NCBI RefSeq assembly: GCF_009914755.1
Contig: NC_060925.1
Length of the DNA stretch: 64,000 nucleotides
Direction: 5' to 3' (one strand)
Source of the DNA: the human T2T-CHM13v2.0 reference genome, Homo sapiens
Translations under genes and position numbers: made by a program
The notes under the pieces: generated by a model
What the model was told of the DNA's origin: nothing
Database searches by the model: none
What the model saw: only the letters and a program-made list of their open reading frames with translations
Shown here: positions 43,317 to 57,200 of the stretch, piece by piece
Numbering within the stretch: the stretch's first letter is position 1
How the letters are laid out: the number at the start of each line of letters is the position of its first letter

Positions 43317-44809
43317 CATGTAATACAAGGTTCTTGAGAACTTGGGCCTTTTTGACATGACGGCTTTACTGATGAATATCTCACTAGGAAGCAATGTTTG
43401 TTTAAGGCAGTTTTCCTGATCACATAAAAATATCAATAACCCCTGCTGGTACTATGTCCTCCAAACTCAGCTGCCTCTGTGGGAACAGCTATTTATATGC
43501 ATTATAGTTAATTTGCTTTTTAAAGGGAGTGAAAATTGTCCTTCTGATATGTGCAATTCTAATCCTTGGGCCTGGCAACCAAGAAGGTGGTTCATGAGAA
43601 GTATTGCTTTCAGATACATATTGATGACAAGAAACATCCCTTGGGAAGCATATGATGTTGATGTGAAAATTATGGCTTTGCCTGTAGAAGGCTTTCACCC
43701 AGTCATCTCCTCTGCCACTTTCTTCTCACTGGAACTAGAAGTGGAGTGTGGCACCTGAACTGTAGGTGTACCCGATACTCCAGATGGGGAAAAGGTACAG
43801 CTGATGTGGGAGGTGTTTTAGAGCCAGCCCCTCTTCAGCCACATAGACTAGGCAAGCAGGTGGTTCTATCTGTGTCTCTAATGTGGTGTTTGTCACTGCT
43901 TGCCTTGTGTTCTTGTTCTCGGTGATGTGTCTAGATTCCTTCTGTAAAGCAAAAGTTGTGTCCAGCAAATCTCTGTATTCCCCCAAACACATAGGACAGA
44001 AGCACTATGGAATATGTTCAGGTCTATAGAAATGGAAGAAAGGAAAGGAGGAAGAGAGAGAAAGAACGGTGGGGAGGGAGGGAGGGAGGAAGAGAGAGAA
44101 GGAAGGATTCTATTGCTGATAGAGCTACAGTTCCACTTTGGTGCCCATACAAACAAATATTTCCCAGAATTTTTCTAAGCTGTCATAGTTCTTGGGTTCA
44201 TAACTGAGAAGTTCATATATTCCAGTGTGTTAGATTTTTAGTACAATTTAATAAGATTTAACATAGGTAAAAAGAAAAGATAGAAAACTATATTTCTACG
44301 AAAATTTATAGAATGGCACTGTGTGGTGGGCGCTGTACTGACAGTGTGAAGATACATTCAATCACAGATAAATTTGACAAACATTTCTTGTGCACTTAAT
44401 GTGTTTACTGCTCCTTTTGTGGGGAATATAGCAGTTAGCAAAACAAAGTCCCCATCCTCACGGTCAGGCCATGTGGTTAGGCTCACCAATGCAGCCTTCA
44501 AGGAAGTGATGCATAGGGAAGAGGTTAAGATGCACATGTGCCCTCTACATCCTGTCTTCTCTCCCTACTGGATGTCAATGAGACATCAGAAGGTGTCTGT
44601 GTCGAAGATGCAGACCAACTGTCAGCCTTGATCTCTTGATGACTTTAGGGACAGAGTCTCACACCCATCCTCTCAACAGAAACCTCTGCATCAAACTCTA
44701 ACATGAACAACAAATAAACTTTTACTATGTTGGCTACTGAACTTTGAGAGGTTATACATTATAGTATTTATTGACCCTTGTCTACTGTACTCACTCAACC
44801 CCACTCAAC

Positions 44810-45100
44810 CCCACCCAGCCAGGTGAACTCCTTTGAGACTTAGTTTAGATATTGCCTCCTCCAAGAAAACTTTCTGATCACTTTACCCCTTCATTCACCA
44901 GACTAGTTTTAGTATTCCATTTAACACTTCCATATTTCATTTATGAGTTGTGTGTGGTTTTAAAAAATTATGTGTATATTTTTTGTCTTCACTAAAATGT
45001 GAGCTCCTTGAAAGAATAGACTATTTTATTCTTCTTCGCCTCTCCAGAGCTTAGGACACAGACTGACACAAAGAGGTGCAGAAGAAATATTTGTATAAAA
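44810..45100 (+). mobile_element. L2 LINE 3' fragment
   Basis: aaatgtgagctccttgaaag...tctccagagcttaggacacagactgacaca...aaatatttg. Confidence 0.65.
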
Positions 45101-45399
45101 TGTAATAGGTTTTATTGAGGATGTAGTTTATGCTGGAGGATATAGTTTAGAAGACAGAGGACTGAAAGGCATATTTGAAAATTTAGAAGTCTGTCCCCTA
45201 ATATAAAGACTGGGAAATGCTGTTCTAAACTGAAATGTGGAAATAATAATTGCTCAGAAATTTCTTATGGATCTGAAGCTCCATATAAGACTTGGAGGCC
45301 AAGATTAAAAGAATATTAAATCGTATGCATAGATTTGTCCAACCATAGTGTTTTGAAAGGTACATACTGTGACAAGAAGCCTACATTTCCAGGAGGTAC

Positions 45400-45531
45400 C
45401 TGATGATAGTCTTTGAATTCAAGCAAACTTACCTTCAAATCCATCTGCTATCTACACCTTGGGCAAATTACATTCCTTCTCTGAGCATTAGTTTCCTCTT
45501 TTGTAAAAATAGATATAACTCACTGACCATG
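45400..45531 (+). mobile_element. MIR 5' part; its 3' tip reappears at ~46422-46455
   Basis: ccttgggcaaattac...ctctgagcattagtttcctcttttgtaaaa; later cctaacactcagaaagcactcaataaatg. Confidence 0.7.
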
Positions 45532-46214
45532 TGTATTAAGCCATTCTTGCATTGCTATAAAGAAATACCTGAGACTGAGTAATTTATTAAAAAAAGAGTT
45601 TTAATTGACTCGTGGTTCTGTAGACTATACAGGAAGCATAATGCTGACATCTGCTTGGCTTCTGAGGAGGCGTCAGGAAATTTACAGTCATGGCATATAT
45701 TATTCTGTTCTCACATTGCTGTAAAAAATACCTGAAACTGAATAATTTATAAAGAAAAGAGGTTTCATTGGCTCACAGTTCTGCAGGCTGTCCATGAAGC
45801 ATGGCAGCATCTGCTTGGCTTCTGGGGAGGCCTCAGGAAACTTACAATCATGGTGAAGGCAAAGGGAGAGCCAGCACTTCACATGACTGGAGCAGAAGGA
45901 AGGGGGTGTGTGGTGGTACACACTTCTAAACAGCCAAATTTCATCACTATCATGATGACAGCACCAAGGAAAATGGTGTTAAACCATGAGAAACTGCCCC
46001 AATGATCCAATCGCCTCCCACCAGGCCCCACCTCCAACATTGGGGATTCCAATTTGACATGAGATTTGGACGGGGACTCAGATCCAAATCATATCATGGC
46101 AGAAGGATAAGGGGGAGCAGGCATGCCACATGGCAAAAGCAGGAGCAAGAGAGAGCAAGGTGCTTCACACTTTTAAACATCCAGATCTCGCAAGAAGTCA
46201 TTCACCATCACAAG
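45532..46214 (-). mobile_element. Outer MSTB-like LTR, truncated
   Basis: TGTATTAAGCCATTCTTGC start; resumes at 46097; ends at ...catcacaag without its terminal portion. Confidence 0.85.
45696..46096 (-). mobile_element. Inner MSTB-like LTR nested in the outer MST
   Basis: Complete LTR ending ATCATATCA; TSD TGGCA at 45691-45695 and 46097-46101. Confidence 0.9.
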
Positions 46215-46422
46215 TGATGGTGTCTCGAAAAGTGGTGGTCATTTTTGCAATACACCATATGTAACCATCAATCTAGTAGTAAAAACCACAACCACAAAGG
46301 AAGGATTACATGAATGTGACCACTGACCCGTAAGTCACAGCCCAGCTGACCACTCAATCACTATGCATATGCCACAGCAAGTGTCTTAGACTGTGTTTCC
46401 CAGAAGTCTAAGATGGGGACTC
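46210..46422 (+). repeat. Copy of 47081-47310
   Basis: AAAGTGGTGGTCATTTTTGCAATA...AGATGGGGACTC is present at both sites. Confidence 0.93.
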
Positions 46423-46726
46423 CTAACACTCAGAAAGCACTCAATAAATGTAAGATTTTTTTCCTTCATTCTGCCGTATAAGTTGTTTACCTAAGTAGGT
46501 AAGTTAGTGGTAATTCCAACATTTATCTGTCTAAATATCAAGAAAACACATTGATTTAAAAAGACATTTTTGCAGCATATATGTGTGTGTGTGTGTGTGT
46601 GTGTGCACACTTATATTTTTAATGCATACATCATGCTCCATATATTTGCATGGCAGCAATTTGAGCCTAAAGTAGCTATCTGCAAAAATGCATAAAACAA
46701 TATGATCCATCACAATTTATTATACT

Positions 46727-47142
46727 GTATCAATCAGCATATTCTACCTAACAAACAAAATTTAGTGGTTTAATATAATAAACATTCATTTAGCTCATGA
46801 TTCTATGGGTCAGCAATTTGGACTGCATGGTTCTGCTGATATCAGCTTCCTCATGTATCTAAGGTACAGTGCTGTTTAGTTGAACAGCTTTGCTTCTGGA
46901 GACAATGGGGATAATGGGCTTGTGTCTCTCATCCAGCAGGTTAGCCTCACATAGTAGCTCTGGATTCCAAGAACAGCAAAAGAGCAAGCTCGATGTGCGC
47001 ATGCTTTTCCCAACTTCCTTGTTTGCTAATGTCTCATTAGTTAAAACAAGTCACTTGGCCAGTCCAAACTCAATAAATAGACAAGTAGATGCCATCTCAT
47101 GAAGTAAAGAGAGAAAGTGGTGGTCATTTTTGCAATATACCA
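46727..47142 (-). mobile_element. Old MLT1-type LTR
   Basis: ttagtggtttaa...tttagctcatgattctatgggtcagcaatttgg...ggtcatttttgcaatataccaca. Confidence 0.65.
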
Positions 47143-47271
47143 CATATAACCATCAATCTAGTAGTAAAAACCACAACCACAGGGAAAAATTGCAAGGATC
47201 TGACCACTGACCAATAAGTCACAGCCCAGCTGGCTGACCACTCCATCACTCTGCATATACCACAGCGAGTG

Positions 47272-47540
47272 TCTTACATTGTGTTTCCCAAAAGTCTGAG
47301 ATGGGGACTCTTGTGCTGTGATTTATTGTGGGATCCTCCTCAAAAGGACCCTCTAAAGAAATGAGAGACAAAGGATTGGGCAGAGGAAAGAAGTTCAGTA
47401 AAGTTGTAGTTTCACCTAAAGTGTAAACCCAGCCTGATGCCATGGGCAGACAGGCATATGAATGGCACCACAGAGTTGTCCAGACTTGAGGCAATAGTAT
47501 CAAGCTTCTATTCCTGTCCCCTCACCATATCAATCAGTCA
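47272..47540 (-). mobile_element. LTR16-like fragment
   Basis: tgtcttacattgtgtttccc...ctgagatggggactcttgtg...gatttatt resembles a reverse LTR16 3' end. Confidence 0.55.
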
Positions 47541-48432
47541 ATTCTCCTGGAAGTTGAAATGTGTGCATGCCTTGGCCTGAAGGACAGGCTTCTCCTCTGG
47601 GTGTATTCATCCCAAGACCCAACCTTGGCAACGTTCAACTCTGATCCTTTAACTGAGAAGTGATTCCTTTATAGAGCTGCATTTTCCACTCAAAACAGCA
47701 TTTATTTTTGCAAGCACTTTTCTAACATAGATGGTAGGCTTTTCCAGCAGTTTATATTGGTCTGTATTTATCACATAGCTGCCTATTTTCTCTTTCTAAT
47801 TTGATTAGCATTTATTACATAGAATAATATAAATAAAAAATTTAAAATACACTTATAAGAGAAACCAAGGCATGCTAGAAGTGCTCTTTTCTAGGTGTAC
47901 ATGCTAGTACTTGGGGAGTTTGATGTAGAAGAGAGAGGAAAACTTGGAGTTCATGGTCTCAAGTGAATGAGTAGGAGGTTTATGGTAAGGAAGAGGAACA
48001 ATGAAAAGAGAAAGAAATAGTGCAACTGCCATGTGGAAAACACCTTTAAATAAAGAGCAAAAGCGGAATATTGTGTGCAATGTCCTCTTCAATTTCCTCC
48101 TTCGAACTTAAAAAAAAAAATTCCAGTACTCTGACTGCTTTGAGACATAAATAGGGGTAGGGGGTGGGGGAGTATGCAGTGGACAGAAGAGATGGGCAGT
48201 TAGGCTGGGACAACAGCTAAAACTTTACCTAAATCAGGTGCTGGCAAGAGCAACAGCAAATGTAAATGCACAGAGAGTCAGAGATATTTGGGTTACATAT
48301 GCACAAGAAGAAAATCCAAATCACCCTTTCTCATAAACTCAAAGTTTACATTCCAGTCTGGTCTATTTCTTTCACTTCTAAACAGGAAATAAGTGGTAGA
48401 ACAAAGGGTTCTGATAGAAGAGTAAATCACAG

Positions 48433-50515
48433 TTCTGTGGTTTGAATGTGTGACCAAGACAGATACTCGTACCAGAAGTGGGGTGTTATCTAGCAAACAC
48501 CTGGAAATGAGGAGCAGCTTTGAAAGTGGGTAATGCTTACAGGCTGAAAGAGTTTGGAGGTGCATGCTAGAAAAAGCCTAGATTGTTGTGAATGAAGGGC
48601 AATTCTAATGATGGCTTAGAAGAAGAGAGCTGTAGGAAGAGCCTAAATCTTCTTAGAGATTTTCTAAGTGGTCATGATCAGAATGTTGGTAGAAATATGG
48701 ACTGTAAAGTCCATTCTGCTGAGGTTTTATTTGAAAATGAGGAATATCTTATAGGAAACTGAAGGAAAGGCCATTCTTGTTATAAAGTGGCAAATAACCT
48801 GGCTGAATTTTATCCATGTCCTGGTACTCTGTGGAAGGCAGAACCTGAGGACAATGAACTGGAATATTTGATGAAAAGTCTCTCAACAAACCACTCTGAG
48901 TGCTGCATGGCTTCTCTTGACTACTTATAGAAAAATGTAAAAAGAGAGAACTTAATTAAAGATGGAATTTATTATCAAAATGGAAACACAACTTAAAGAT
49001 TTGGAAAATTCTCAGCCTGGCCATGTAAAGAATGAGAAAGTGTGTTTTGGAGTGAATATTAAGGATGTGGCTAAGCAACTGTTTGAAATGGAGGTTAGTA
49101 TGGATAGAAGGAAGCCAGGCGCTATTCACCGAGACAATGAAAGAATGATCCCAAAGGCATTTCTGAAATCTTTGTGGATACCCTACTGTCACAGGCCCAA
49201 AGTGCCATGGCCTTGTGGGCAGAACAGTTTCAAAAGAGGGACCAAGGTGCCTGTGGCCTCACTGCCCAGGGCCACCTCAAATCTCTGCTCCCTGCATTCT
49301 GGTGCAGCATTTCTTGGCTGCCCTAGCTGTTGCTCAAGCCACTCAGGAGGGTACAAGCTGTATTACATGGTGGCATCCATGAGATGCTAACTCTGCAGGC
49401 ACACAGAGTTCATGAGCTGTGGAAGCATGGCTACCTCCATCTAGGTTTCAAAAGATGCCTTGGAGAGCCTTGGAGAATAGGCAGAGAACTTCTACCAGGA
49501 GAAGACTGCCACTGAAAATTCCCACCAGAGCAATGCCAAGCAGAGGCATGAGGTTGGAGTGACCTGTGACATCTGAGACATGTAGGGCCACCAGTGTTCA
49601 GTGACAGCCTTGGGGAGCCACAGCCACTTGACTCTAACCCATAACAGCTTCAGCATGAGCTGAGCTCAGATAATCCACGGGAGTAGGATCCCCTGGAGTC
49701 TTGGGGACCCAACCCCTGCCCCAGTGTGTCTGGAATAAGGGACGTGGAGTCAAAGAATATTATTCTCAGGCCTCAAGATTGAATGTTGTTTGCCTTGTTG
49801 CGTTTTAGACTTACTCAGGACCTATTACCCCTTTCTGCCTTTCTGTTACTTTTTCTTAGAATGGGAATGTCTATCTGATGCCTGTCCCGCTACTGTATAT
49901 TAAAAGTACCTTGCTTTATTTCACAGGCTCACAGCTGGAGAAGGAATTTGAATTAAAGAAATCATACCACAAGTTTCATCTGTACCTGATTTAGATGATA
50001 TTTTGGATGATATTTTAGATGATATTTAGTTTAGAATTTGGACATAGAGTTTTAAGTTGATGCTGGAATAAGTAAAGATTTGGGGGGCTATTGGAATGGA
50101 ATGAATGTATTTCACATGTGAGAAGGACACAAATTTAGGGGAGACTGGGGCAGAATGCTATGGTTTGAATTTGCCTGTCTTTCAAAATTTGTGGTAAAAT
50201 GTAGTCCTCGTTGTTGTAGTATTAAAAGATGGGGCCTATGGGGAAGTGATTGAGTCATGAAGGATCTGCTCTCACGGACGGATTAGTGCCTTGTAACCGG
50301 GATGGAGGAAACTAACTTAGGTCTCTTTTTTCCTTCTGCCATACGCAGCAACAAAGCACCATCTTGGAAGCAGAGAGCCACCCTCACCAGAACTGAATGC
50401 AGGCACCGTGACCTTGAACTTCCCAGCCTCCAGAACTGTGAGAAATCAATTTCTGTTCTTTATAACTTACCCAGTCTCAGGTATTTTGTTACAGCAACAC
50501 CAGTGGACTAAGTCA
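48433..50515 (+). mobile_element. MaLR element (MST/MLT1A-like): collapsed 5' LTR, internal region, 3' LTR at 50156-50515
   Basis: Internal start gtaccagaagtggggtgtt; MaLR-internal motifs (tgttataaagtggcaaataacctggctgaa, LKDLENSQPGHV); PPT ggggcagaa; LTR TGCTATGGTTTGAA...GACTAAGTCA. Confidence 0.85.
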
Positions 50516-51039
50516 CAGTCTCAGGAAGAAAGCATGCATTCCTCTTTTCTCCCTCTTAGTGCTGCCAGGACCTGCAGAACTCCAGATGGATTCCCCTGGC
50601 TGACACTTGAAAGATTTTTGCTCTAACTTAATAGAAATGACAGACTGGCAAAGCCATAGTTAAATCAGTTGGAGGAGCCACAAATCAAATCATCTTTACA
50701 GAAAGGTACACAGCTAACAAGTCCTAATGGTAATGAGATTTGGGAAGTTTTTTTTTTTTAGTTGGGGGGTGGGCATTGTTGTTGCTGTTTGGCTTTCTAG
50801 ACCAGTAAGCCTGCCAGCAGGAATTGCTTACACACAGCTGTCACTTGGGTTCAGAGTGACTCAGAACACTCATAAAGAGATATAAACCACACGTGCCACC
50901 ACATGCTTCTGGGCCACCCGTGACATAGAGTATATCATTCATTTTCTGACACTTCTTATTTGCCATCTGCTCAGGGAAACCTCCAGAGCAAATTAGTGTA
51001 GCCCTCACTTTCAGACATTAAATCTACAGTTATGGGCAC

Positions 51040-51220
51040 AGTAGCTACCATGTGACAAGCATAGTGTTGGGCATTTAACAAATGTTTTCTCATTTAATTC
51101 TCACAACATCCTCCAGCAATGCTGTCCCTTTATGCAGATGAGTTTGTCCAAAGGCACCAGGCACCAGTGGCCAGGGAGAATCTAATCTCAGATTTGTCTG
51201 GAGCCAAAATTCACACATTT
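51040..51220 (-). mobile_element. MIR SINE
   Basis: ctcatttaattctcacaacatcc...ttatgcagatgag. Confidence 0.65.
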
Positions 51221-52306
51221 TTGCAATATCATGATGAGCTAAGGAGAATTTTGCTCGCGGGTCCCTCCCCAAACCCCACCTCCTGGCACACCTTTCCTTG
51301 TCCTCTCTGCAGCCTTTCCCAAGCACCCAAGGCCCAGGTGTCCACTTTTTGGGCCTTGACTTAGGTTTCTATAAAACAGAGTTTTTCCTAGTCCTGTCTT
51401 CTCTCATCAGGGATTTACCCCACAGACCATGACACTATGATATCAGTATCTTCCGTATCCTTGCAGGTCTTTCTAGGTACATGAAATGAGCCACAATAAC
51501 CTGATTCATATCATGGTCTTGATACTTAGCATAGCTTTACATTCAATGCCTCCCATAAAATCTCTTTGTATTTTAAGAGGAGCCATTATTAATAACTCAA
51601 AAGAATGAGTTATGAAAGCACAGCATTATCTAAAATTAATACACTATAAATGAAGGATGTGTTACAAATGTAGACTTTTCCTCTTTCTATAATTTCTCTC
51701 GTCCTAATCTGGAGGCTGTATCCTCACTTATAGCAGCTGGTAAGAAATCTTGGAATTTTCCTGTATAAGGTAATTTTATTTTTTCTGGTAAATAGCATTT
51801 CATATCTCACAATCTAAGTTTTAACTTCTTACCTATAGTGTTTCTTTCCTCCAAACTGTCTGTCTTCCTTATCTTTCCCTATAGATGTGAGTGCACATGG
51901 AAATTTATGGAGTCTCTCAGCATTGTAGAAGAGCCTCTGTTTCTTCTCACTGGTTCCTGTCCTCCTCAGCTTGGTATATAACTCCTGAGGGCTGAATACC
52001 TGGTTGCTGAAGGATCCAGTCCCTTCCCTATAACCGAGGAAGAATTTCTACTTCCCCTTCCTGTCCAGAAGTGATATTCCCAGGTATCACCTTTTTCTCT
52101 CCTGCCCTATGGACTTCAGATATATCTATCTGCCTTTCACTATGACAATAAATGTCACTGATTTGCTTTAATGGTAGAAAAGACTACAGAGAGAGAGAGT
52201 AAAAATAAAAAATGTATTAATATGGGAGAATATACACCCAGAGGAATTTTTGAAAATAGTTTCTCCATCACAGAAGCAAAACTAGAGCTGGGTGGTTTAT
52301 ACTGGG

Positions 52307-52661
52307 TGATATAGTTTGGCTGTGTCCCTACCCAAATCTCACCTTGAATTGTAATAATTCCCATGTGTCAAGTGTGGGACCAGGTAGAGATAATTGAATC
52401 ATGGGGGTGGTTTTCCCCATACCGTTCTCATGGTAATGAATAAGTCTCATGAGATCTGATGGTTTTATAAATGGGAGTTCCCCTGCACAAGCTGTCTTGC
52501 CTGCTGTCATGTAAGATGTGACTTTGCTCCTCATTCACCTTCTGCCATGACTGTGAGGCTTCCCCAGCCATGTGGAACTGTGAGTCAATCAAACCTCCTT
52601 CCTGTATAAATTACCTAGTCTCAGGTATGTCTTTATTAGCAGTGTGAGAACAGACTAATAC
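52307..52661 (+). mobile_element. THE1 (THE1C/D-like) solo LTR
   Basis: TGATATAGTTTGGCTGTGTCCC...GAGAACAGACTAATAC. Confidence 0.9.
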
Positions 52662-52804
52662 TATCTCCTCCTGTAGATAGCAAAGGAGTGATTCTACTGC
52701 ATTAACATTAATCTCATGAATTTAGCATCATTCCAGTCCTGGTTTTAGCTCAAGCCTAATTGGAGGAGAGTAGACAGCAACCAGCTGTAATACAAAAAGC
52801 AACC

Positions 52805-52995
52805 ATTTGGAATCAGAGCTAGATTCAAATCCAGGTCTCATCACTTCATACAATGTTACCTTTGGGCAAGTTATTCTGTCTCTTTGGGCTTCAAGTGGCC
52901 TTTCCAAAATGTCATCTACATCATAAAAGTGTTGCTGATATTCAGTGAAATATTCCATATGAAACCCCTCACAAAGGACCAGGAACATAGTAAGT
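52805..52995 (+). mobile_element. MIR SINE
   Basis: gattcaaatccagg...ttacctttgggcaagtta. Confidence 0.65.
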
Positions 52996-53436
52996 CTAAA
53001 TACATGTTTGTTTCCATTCCTCCACCATTTTCCTTTATAAGATGAAGTGAGAAATTATATGCTCTCTGGGAAATGGCTATCTGCAAAGACTTGTGGCATT
53101 CTACTTTCTGGATATATTGCCTTATGTCTGGCAAACTGTACTGATTAAAACTTTGAACAGAAGAAGGAAAAACTAATTTGGAAGGGCTAATCAAGACTCT
53201 CCATAGTCCAAAAGGGATGATTTCTCAGTTGTGCAGAGAACCAATAAACCTCCATCCTGAGGACAAAAGTAATTTTGTGAAACTGCATGAAGTTTCTCTA
53301 GAGAGAGAGACTTCACAAAGCCCAGTGGTCACAGCTGTGCAGTGGAACCGAACTACTTTGAATCTCTGCCATCAAAGGAAAGAATCTCAGGATTTTCTGC
53401 TACAGAAGCATGATCGTGTTTAAATTCTTAAAATGC

Positions 53437-54224
<788 letters not shown>

Positions 54225-57200
54225 ATTCCACCTCTTATCAATCAACTCATACACATCTTTTTAAACCATACTTAATCTTCAATTAAAGACACTAACAGGG
54301 TCATAATTTTGCCTAACGTGATACAACTATCCTGCATACAACTGAAAACACACTAATCCCTTCCCCAGAAGAGGAGGTAAAGTATTTGAGTGATGTTAAC
54401 TCTTCCCCTTGATATCTTATAACTTTACTTCTATGTAAGATTAATAATACTTAAATACTATGATATAAAGTCAATGCATCTTATGTTACATAAGGGAATA
54501 AGAGAGTGAAAAATATTTGCTTATATATAAATTGATTTATAAATATATAATATATATTCCATATATATTCAAATATTATATATATATATACATGTATATA
54601 TCCACACAAATATACTCATTACAAAACAAGGAGAAAATACTCATGGCAGTTATAGCCCTCATTTTTGTAACTGGTCACTTATTCTTAGCTGGTATTTATA
54701 AATACCTTCTTCTACTATTCATTCTGTATTCCCTTTGCCTTCAGCAAACACCTCAGCTGGTCATGGTTTTTCACCTGGCAGGGTGATCCAAATCTGAAGG
54801 GCCTGGTCATTAGTAGCCCTTGAGTCCTGGTCATTGAGTTGTTATAGTTTTATATTAACCATAATCGCAGCGCATGGTGACACTAAAAGATACCTGAAGG
54901 ATCTCCTGTTTTCTGGACATACTCTTCTCTGTCTCCATTATGGAATAATAGTCCAATTCCTCTTGGTGGTCTGAATCAATCACCTCAGTCAATACCATAC
55001 TTCCATTCTTTACCTGTTGACTCAAAACCAGAAGGAGCCCAAACTGACTGGGCAGCAGTCTTAACTTTCAGTTCAATGGAATCATCATAATGTCTCCTGG
55101 TGAAAGCATTTCTCCCTCACAACTAGAGACCTTTAGGCCGGCACAGTATAAAGTCATAGGAATGGGAAGCAACAATTTTGCTAGCTGGTCACTAAGGGTA
55201 ATGGTGGGTGGTTTTACTTCCATTTCCACCCTTTGATTCTTTGACCCATGAATCCAGTCTATGGAAGAGACAACACCAAATATTGGACACTGACTTAGAG
55301 CACAGAGAACCTTGCCCCAGCACTCAAGGTATTGCCACCTAACTGGCACTATAACTGACTCTTCACAAAGGTATTGCAGCATTTTATCAAGCCATCTGCT
55401 TCAGAATAGTGGAGAACATGGTTAAACCAGTGAATTACATGAGCGTGCATTTATTGCTGCACTTCTTTTGCTGTGGAGTGAGTTCCTTAATCACACGCAA
55501 CGCTGTGTGGAATGCCATGATAGTGGATAAAGCATTCTGTAAGTCCACAGATGGTAGTTTTGGCAAAAGCACTGTGTACAGGGAAGGCAAAGAGAAGTAT
55601 CTATTTCCGAAAAAAACACTGGCCCTTTCATAATGGAAGCAGGCCAGCAATGTAATAAACATGACTCCAGGTAGCTGGCTGATCACCTAGGGATGGTGCC
55701 ATATTGGAGGCTCAGTGTTGGTCTCTGCTACTGGCAGATTGGACCTTTAGCAGTGACCATAGCTAGGTCAGCCTTGGTGAGTGAAAGTCCATGTTTCTGA
55801 TCCTGTGAAAAACCTCCATGTCTGCCACCACGGAAACTTTGGTCATGAACCCATTGGGCAATGACAGGAGTGGCTGGGGAAAGAGGCTGAGTGGCATTCA
55901 CAGAAAGGGTCATCATATCTACTTGATTATTAAAGTTCTCCTCTGCTGTGGTCACCTTTTGGTGATCATTCACATGAAACATAAATATCTTCACAAGTTT
56001 TGCTGATTTGGAGATGTCTATCCACATTTCTGTCTCCTAAATTTATTTGTCACCAATTTTCCAATTACGTTCCTTCCGAGTTCCTGACCATCCGGCCAAA
56101 CAACCATTGGCTACAGCCTATACATAAGTATTTAATCACACATCTTGCCATTTCTCCCTCTAAGCAAAGGGAAAAACCAGGTACACTGACCGAATTTTTG
56201 TCCACTGTGGGGAGTTCCCTTCATGACTGTCTTTCAGGGATGTCCCAGAGAGTGGTTGTAGTGCTACAGCTGTACACTTCTGAGTGGTGCTGCATATCAT
56301 GCAGAAACATCTGTAAACCAGGCCTAATTCTTCTCTTCCTCTGCCAACTGATCATAGGGAACTCTCCATGAAGCCATAGGTACAGTCTGGGAGAGAGAAA
56401 GCAGTGTAGCAGAAGGGAGGACCATGGGCAATTGGGCAACTTCTTCATGTAAGTTACTTATGCCTTCAGAGACTGTTAGAGCTGGATCACATATATACCA
56501 CTTCCATTGATGATGAAGTGCTGCGTGCATGCCTAACTTTACAGCTTGGTGGTCAGATAACACCCAGTTTATTATGGGCAGCTCAGGTCACATGGTAACT
56601 TGGTGCCACACTGTTGAACATTCAGATTCTACTGATGCCCAGTAGCAGGCCAAGAACTGTCTCTCAAGAAAAAAAGAAGTAGTTATTTGCAGAAGATAGC
56701 AGGGACTTGCTCCAAAATCCTAAAGGCCTGCACTCCAATACACTTATATGGACCTGCCAAAGGCTTCAAACAGCATCTCAGTTCACCACTAATATATCAA
56801 GCACTATTGGATATGTTAAATCTTATGACTCAAGTAACAGAGCAACTTGCACAGTAACCTGGACCTATTGCAGAGCCTTGCTTTGTTCTAGGCTGCAGTC
56901 AAAACTAGAAGCTTTTCAGGTCGTTTTGTAAACGGCTCAGCAAAACACACCCAAATGTGGAATATGATGCCTCCAAAATCCAAAGAGGCCCAATATGTGC
57001 TGTGTCTCTTCCTTGGTTGCAGGTGGTGCCAGATGCAACAATTTAACCTTCACCTTAGAAAGGATATCTCCACATGCCCCACACCATTGGACACATAGAA
57101 ATTGCATTGAGTTAGAAAGCCCTTGAATTTTTGTCAGATTTATTTCCCAACTTCTGACACTTAAAGGTCTTATCGTTAAGTCTAGAGTGGTTGCTAATTC

